NCBI GenBank assembly: GCA_002269645.1
Contig: NIVC01001504.1
Location: 124,001-188,000, forward strand
DNA length: 64,000 nt
Source of the DNA: Macrostomum lignano
Lineage: Eukaryota
Reading direction: 5' to 3'
Shown: piece after piece, positions 59,690 to 64,000 of the stretch
How positions within the stretch are numbered: position 1 is the stretch's first letter
Layout of the letters: the number at the start of each line of letters is the position of its first letter
Made by a program: the position numbers and the translations under genes
Notes under the pieces: generated by a model
Told to the model about the DNA's origin: nothing
Databases searched by the model: none
Seen by the model: the letters and a program-made list of their open reading frames with translations, nothing else

Positions 59690-60250
59690 ACTCTGGACTG
59701 TACACCCTCATCACTCTGGCCTGTACACCCTCATCATTCTGGCCTGTACACCCTCATCACTCTGGCCTGTACACCCTCATCATTCTGGCCTGTACACCCT
59801 CATCACTCTGGCCTGTACACCCTCATCACTCTGGCCTGTACATCCTCATCATTCTGGCCTGTACACCCTCATCACTCTGGCCTGTACACCCTCATCATTC
59901 TGGCCTGTACACCCTCATCACTCTGGCCTGTACACCCTCATCACTCTGGCCTGTACACCCTTATCACTCCGGCCTGTACACCCTCATCACTCTGGCCTGT
60001 ACACCCTCATCAATCTTGTACACCCTCATCAATCTTGTACACCCTCATCAATCTTGTACACCCTCACCAATCTTGTACACCCGCATCAATCTTGTACACC
60101 CTCATCAATCTTGTACACCCTCATCAATCTTGTACACCCTCATCAATCTTGTACACCCTCATCAATCTTGTACACCCGCATCAATCTTGTACACCCCCAT
60201 CAATCTTGTACACACTATCAATCTTGTACACTCTATCAATCTTGTACACC
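59690..60250. repeat. Compound 23-bp then 19-bp minisatellite (TGTACACCCTCATCA core)
   Basis: Read directly. Confidence 0.94.
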
Positions 60251-60299
60251 CATGCAGCCCAAAGTCAGTCAAAGTCGGTGCCCGAGCCGCCCGCGCCAT

Positions 60300-63221
60300 C
60301 TAGCCGCTGCAGCTCGTAGGCCCTCCGACATGCCGAGCTCTCATCCTCCTCTTCGGCGCAGGAGCACCTCGCCTTCTGCTGCTGCTGCTGGCGACCCCGC
60401 CGGCTTCCCGAGGCTGCCCGGCAGTCGAAGAATTTCTCTTCTGCTTGAGCGGCGCCTCGTTGCCGCTGGCGCCCTGGCTGCGCCGCCTTCGGCGCCGGCG
60501 CCAGCGGTCGCAGGGCCAGCAGAGGAGGTCGCGCAGGCTCTGCCGGAACTTCTTGCCGATGACGCAGTAGAGAATGAAGTTCAGGCAGGAGTTGATGAGC
60601 ACCAGGAAGTTGGTGGCCACAATCAGCAGCTGCATCTGCTGCTGGTACTTCTCCGAGGGCCTGGCGACCGTCTCGATGATGGTGAGCAGCACGTTGGGCA
60701 GCATGAACAGGTAGAAGGACACCACGATGGCCAGGGACACATAGGTCAGCTGCGCCTCCTTCTCCTGCCGGCGGGTCACCTGCGGAATGGAGCGAATGCC
60801 GCCTCTGGCGCTTCAGAGCCTGTGTACAGTTCTCAGCACCTGTGTCAGAGCCTGTGCACAGTTTTCAGCATGTGTCAGAGCCTGTGTACAATTGTCAGCA
60901 CCTGTGTCAGCAGAGCCTATGTACAATTGTCAGCAACTGTGTCAGAGCCTGTGTACAGTTGTCAGCACCTGTGTCAGAGCCTGTGTACAATTGTCAGCAC
61001 CTGTGTCAGAGCCTGTGTACAATTGTCAGCAACTGTGTCAGTGCCTGTGTACAGTTGTCAGCACCTGTGTCAGAGCCTGTGCACAGTTGTCAGCATCTGT
61101 GTCAGTGTCAGAGCCTGTGTACAGTTGTCAGCACCTGTGTCAGAGCCTGTGTACAATTGTCAGCACCTGTGTCAGAGCCTGTGCACAGTAGTTTATTCGT
61201 GAAGTTGCAATCAACAATGTCTGAAAGTACTGAAAGTAGTTGTGCGCCAATCATTTCGTTGTCAGACCAGCCGCCTCTGTGGGAACATCATAAACTATTT
61301 GTCTGCAATCTGCAAACTTGTTGCCACATGAAACTCCAGCTTTTCAGAAAGCAACTTGGACTGTCCTGCGCCCTGGAACCCCTGTCTGACGGATTTGCTA
61401 TCCTAGCTGTCAGCAGTGATTAAGCACCTGTCAGCAGTTATTAAGCACCTGTCAGCAGTTATTAAGCACCTGTCAGCAGTGATTAAGCACCTGTCAGTAG
61501 TGATTAAGCACCTGTAATTAGCGACCTGCGATTACGCGCTGATTAAGAACCGGTCAGTAGTCATTAAGCATCTGTCAGTAGTGATTCAGGCACCTGTCAG
61601 CGAATCCCAGTCTCTAAAAGACCCCCATTTCATCCAATCCAATGCGACTAAATTGACATCAAACTAAAATTGCATTCGTAATTGACGCCAAAACTTACTA
61701 AATGCAGTTGTAATGAATCGATTCCTAAAAATGGTTTCAATGATGAATTTCATTCGTCCTGCTCTCTACACCCCTCTCAGTCTGAGGCTTCTCCCGGATC
61801 TCAAGCGAACTTCAGTGCCGGCAACTCCGTCCCCGATGCGAGCGCCTTCTCGCAGCAGAATTCAATCAGAGCGCCGCTCTGAGTGGCACTCGTGCGAGTG
61901 GCCATTACTGATTTCTTGTCCGCTCGGCCTCTTGGCAACTGGCTTTGGCCGCCATTTGCGGGCTCTCATCCGGCTTTTGGAGGCTCTGAACTGCCGACAG
62001 ATTGACTGTCTGCGATGCAGGCCTCTAATGCCGTCATCCCTAATGCCATTATCCCTATTGCCGTCATCCCTAATGCCATTATCCCTATTGCCGTCATCCC
62101 TAATGCCATTATCCCTATTGCCGTCATCCCTAATGCCATTATCCCTATTGCCGTCATCCCTAATGCCATTATCCCTAATGCTGTCATCCCTAATGCCATT
62201 ATCCCATTATCCCAGAATATGGCAGTGTGACTAGCTGCCATTATCCCAGAATATGGCAGTGGGACTAGCTGCCATTATCCCAGGATGTGGCAGTGTGACT
62301 AGCTGCCATTATCCCAAGATGTGGCAGTGTGACTAGCTGCCATTATCCCAAGATGTGGCAGTGTGACTAGCTGCCATTATCCCAGGATGTGGCAGTGTGA
62401 CTAGCTGCCATTATCCCAGGATGTGGCAGTGTGACTAGCTGCCATTATCCCAAGATGTGGCAGTGTGACTAGCTGCCATTATCCCAAGATGTGGCAGTGT
62501 GACTAGCTGCCATTATCCCAGGATGTGGCAGTGTGACTAGCTGCCATTATCCCAGAATATGGCAATGTGACTAGCTGCCATTATCCCAGGATGTGGCAGT
62601 GTGACTAGCTGCCATCCCAGCCACCGAGAACCCGCCGCTGCGCACCTGCCACATGTTGATGCTCCTGCGCAGCGACCTGGCGATGCGGATGTTCATAAAG
62701 GTGATGGCCGTCACGGGGATGATGAAGTAGAACAGCGAGTACAGCACCCCGGAGTAGATCACCTCGTACAGCCCGGTTGCGGTGCCGTTGCCAGGCCGCT
62801 GCATCCACGGCGCCAGGACGTAGCCGGAGACGAGGACCTCGCAGCCGCTGCCGTTCGCCGGCCTGGCCCGGTAGCAGCCGAACTGCTCGGCCGAGTTGCG
62901 CACCAGCTGCGCCCGCTTCCACGCCTGACTGTCCGCCAGGTCATCCCCGATGGGGAAATCGAACACCTCCAGCTCGAAGAACTTCGGCACATTGTAGGCC
63001 GCGCTGAGCAGCAGCACCAGGCCGATGTTGCGGTACACGGCGCGGCCGGCGGGCTTGCCGTTGGCCACCGACAGCGGCCGGCAGACGGCCTGGTAGCGCT
63101 CGAAGGACACCAGCAGGGTGATGTAGATGGAGGCCAGCTGCATGGTGAAGCACACGGGCAGCAGGTACTTCACCGTGCTGCCCCGGCTCAGGTAGCAGAA
63201 GTACAGCAGCAGGCTGGGCAC
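60300..63221 (-). CDS. Rhodopsin-class peptide GPCR, FMRFamide-receptor-like, partial; exons 63221-62646 (TM3-TM5 region) and 60779-60300 (TM6-TM7, C-tail); upstream exons lie outside the window
   Basis: LLVSFERYQAVCRP, YNVPKFFE, FYFIIP, LPNVL, NSCLNFILYC...KKFR; GT-AG boundaries in phase 0. Confidence 0.85.
60815..61190. repeat. 32-bp minisatellite in the GPCR intron
   Basis: CAGCACCTGTGTCAGAGCCTGTGTACAGTTGT units. Confidence 0.93.
61410..61600. repeat. 21-bp repeat (TAAGCACCTGTCAGCAGTTAT)
   Basis: Read directly; decays rightwards. Confidence 0.85.
62025..62612. repeat. Adjacent 30-bp and 34-bp arrays sharing the core GCCATTATCCC
   Basis: Read directly. Confidence 0.94.
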
Positions 63222-63244
63222 CTGGCGGAGTCACGGTGATTTAT

Positions 63245-64000
63245 TCAGTCATACCTGGTAATACTCATAGAACCGCAGTCATACCTGGTAATACTCATAG
63301 AATCGTAGTCATACCTGGTAATACTCATAGAACCGCAGTCATACCTGGTAATACTCATAGAACCGCAGTCATACCTGGTAATACTCATAGAATCGCAGTC
63401 ATACCTGGTAATACTCATAGAATCGCAGTCATACCTGGTAATACTCATAGAATCGCAGTCATACCTGGTAATACTCATAGAATCGCAGTCATACCTGGTA
63501 ATACTCATAGAATCGCAGTCATACCTGGTAATACTCATAGAACCGCAGTCATACCTGGTAATACTCATAGAACCGCAGTCATACCTGGTAATACTCATAG
63601 AACCGCAGTCATACCTGGTAATACTCATAGAATCGCAGTCATACCTGGTAATACTCATAGAATCGCAGTTATACCTGGTAATACTCATAGAATCGCAGTT
63701 ATACCTGGTAATACTCATAGAATCGCAGTCATACCTGGTAATACTCATAGAATCGCAGTCATACCTGGTAATACTCATAGAATCGCAGTCATACCTGGTA
63801 ATACTCATAGAATCGCAGTCATACCTGGTAATACTCATAGAACCGCAGTCATACCTGGTAATACTCATAGAATCGCAGTCATACCTGGTAATACTCATAG
63901 AACCGCAGTCATACCTGGTAATACTCATAGAACCGCAGTCATACCTGGTAATACTCATAGAATCGCAGTCATACCTGGTAATACTCATAGAATCGCAGTC
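63245..64000. repeat. 30-bp minisatellite (GCAGTCATACCTGGTAATACTCATAGAA(T/C)C), runs off the window
   Basis: Read directly. Confidence 0.97.

Overview
Eukaryotic (metazoan) genomic DNA with GC-rich, GT-AG spliced genes. The style (GC-rich exons, short introns, very dense minisatellites) suggests a flatworm such as Macrostomum, but that is inference only. Five protein-coding genes can be assembled by hand: a C16orf89/UPF0764-like secreted protein (+, 9829-13639), MOB2 (-, 19338-20480), mRNA capping enzyme RNGTT (+, 34424-38669), DMAP1 (+, 43111-45779) and the 3' part of an FMRFamide-receptor-like GPCR (-, 60300-63221). There is also a possible GYGP-rich exon at 841-1011. Mobile DNA: a 5'-truncated RTE-like LINE with an 11-bp TSD, a full-length mariner, a PHD+FLYWCH Mutator/Phantom-like element, a related foldback-TIR element carrying a piggyBac fragment, a hAT-like MITE and a decayed LINE fragment. 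About 30 distinct tandem arrays are present; I found no CRISPR array, rRNA or tRNA gene. I did not find a new enzymatic system. The most interesting signals are structural: (1) a tandem duplication of the C16orf89/MOB2 block with reciprocal gene loss; (2) single-copy motifs in one duplicate expanded into minisatellites in the other; (3) arrays built from splice sites, including a chain of ten CAG|GTGAG junctions; (4) two different Mutator-like elements sharing asymmetric ends, one carrying a piggyBac C-terminal fragment. All coordinates were read by eye; array edges are approximate.
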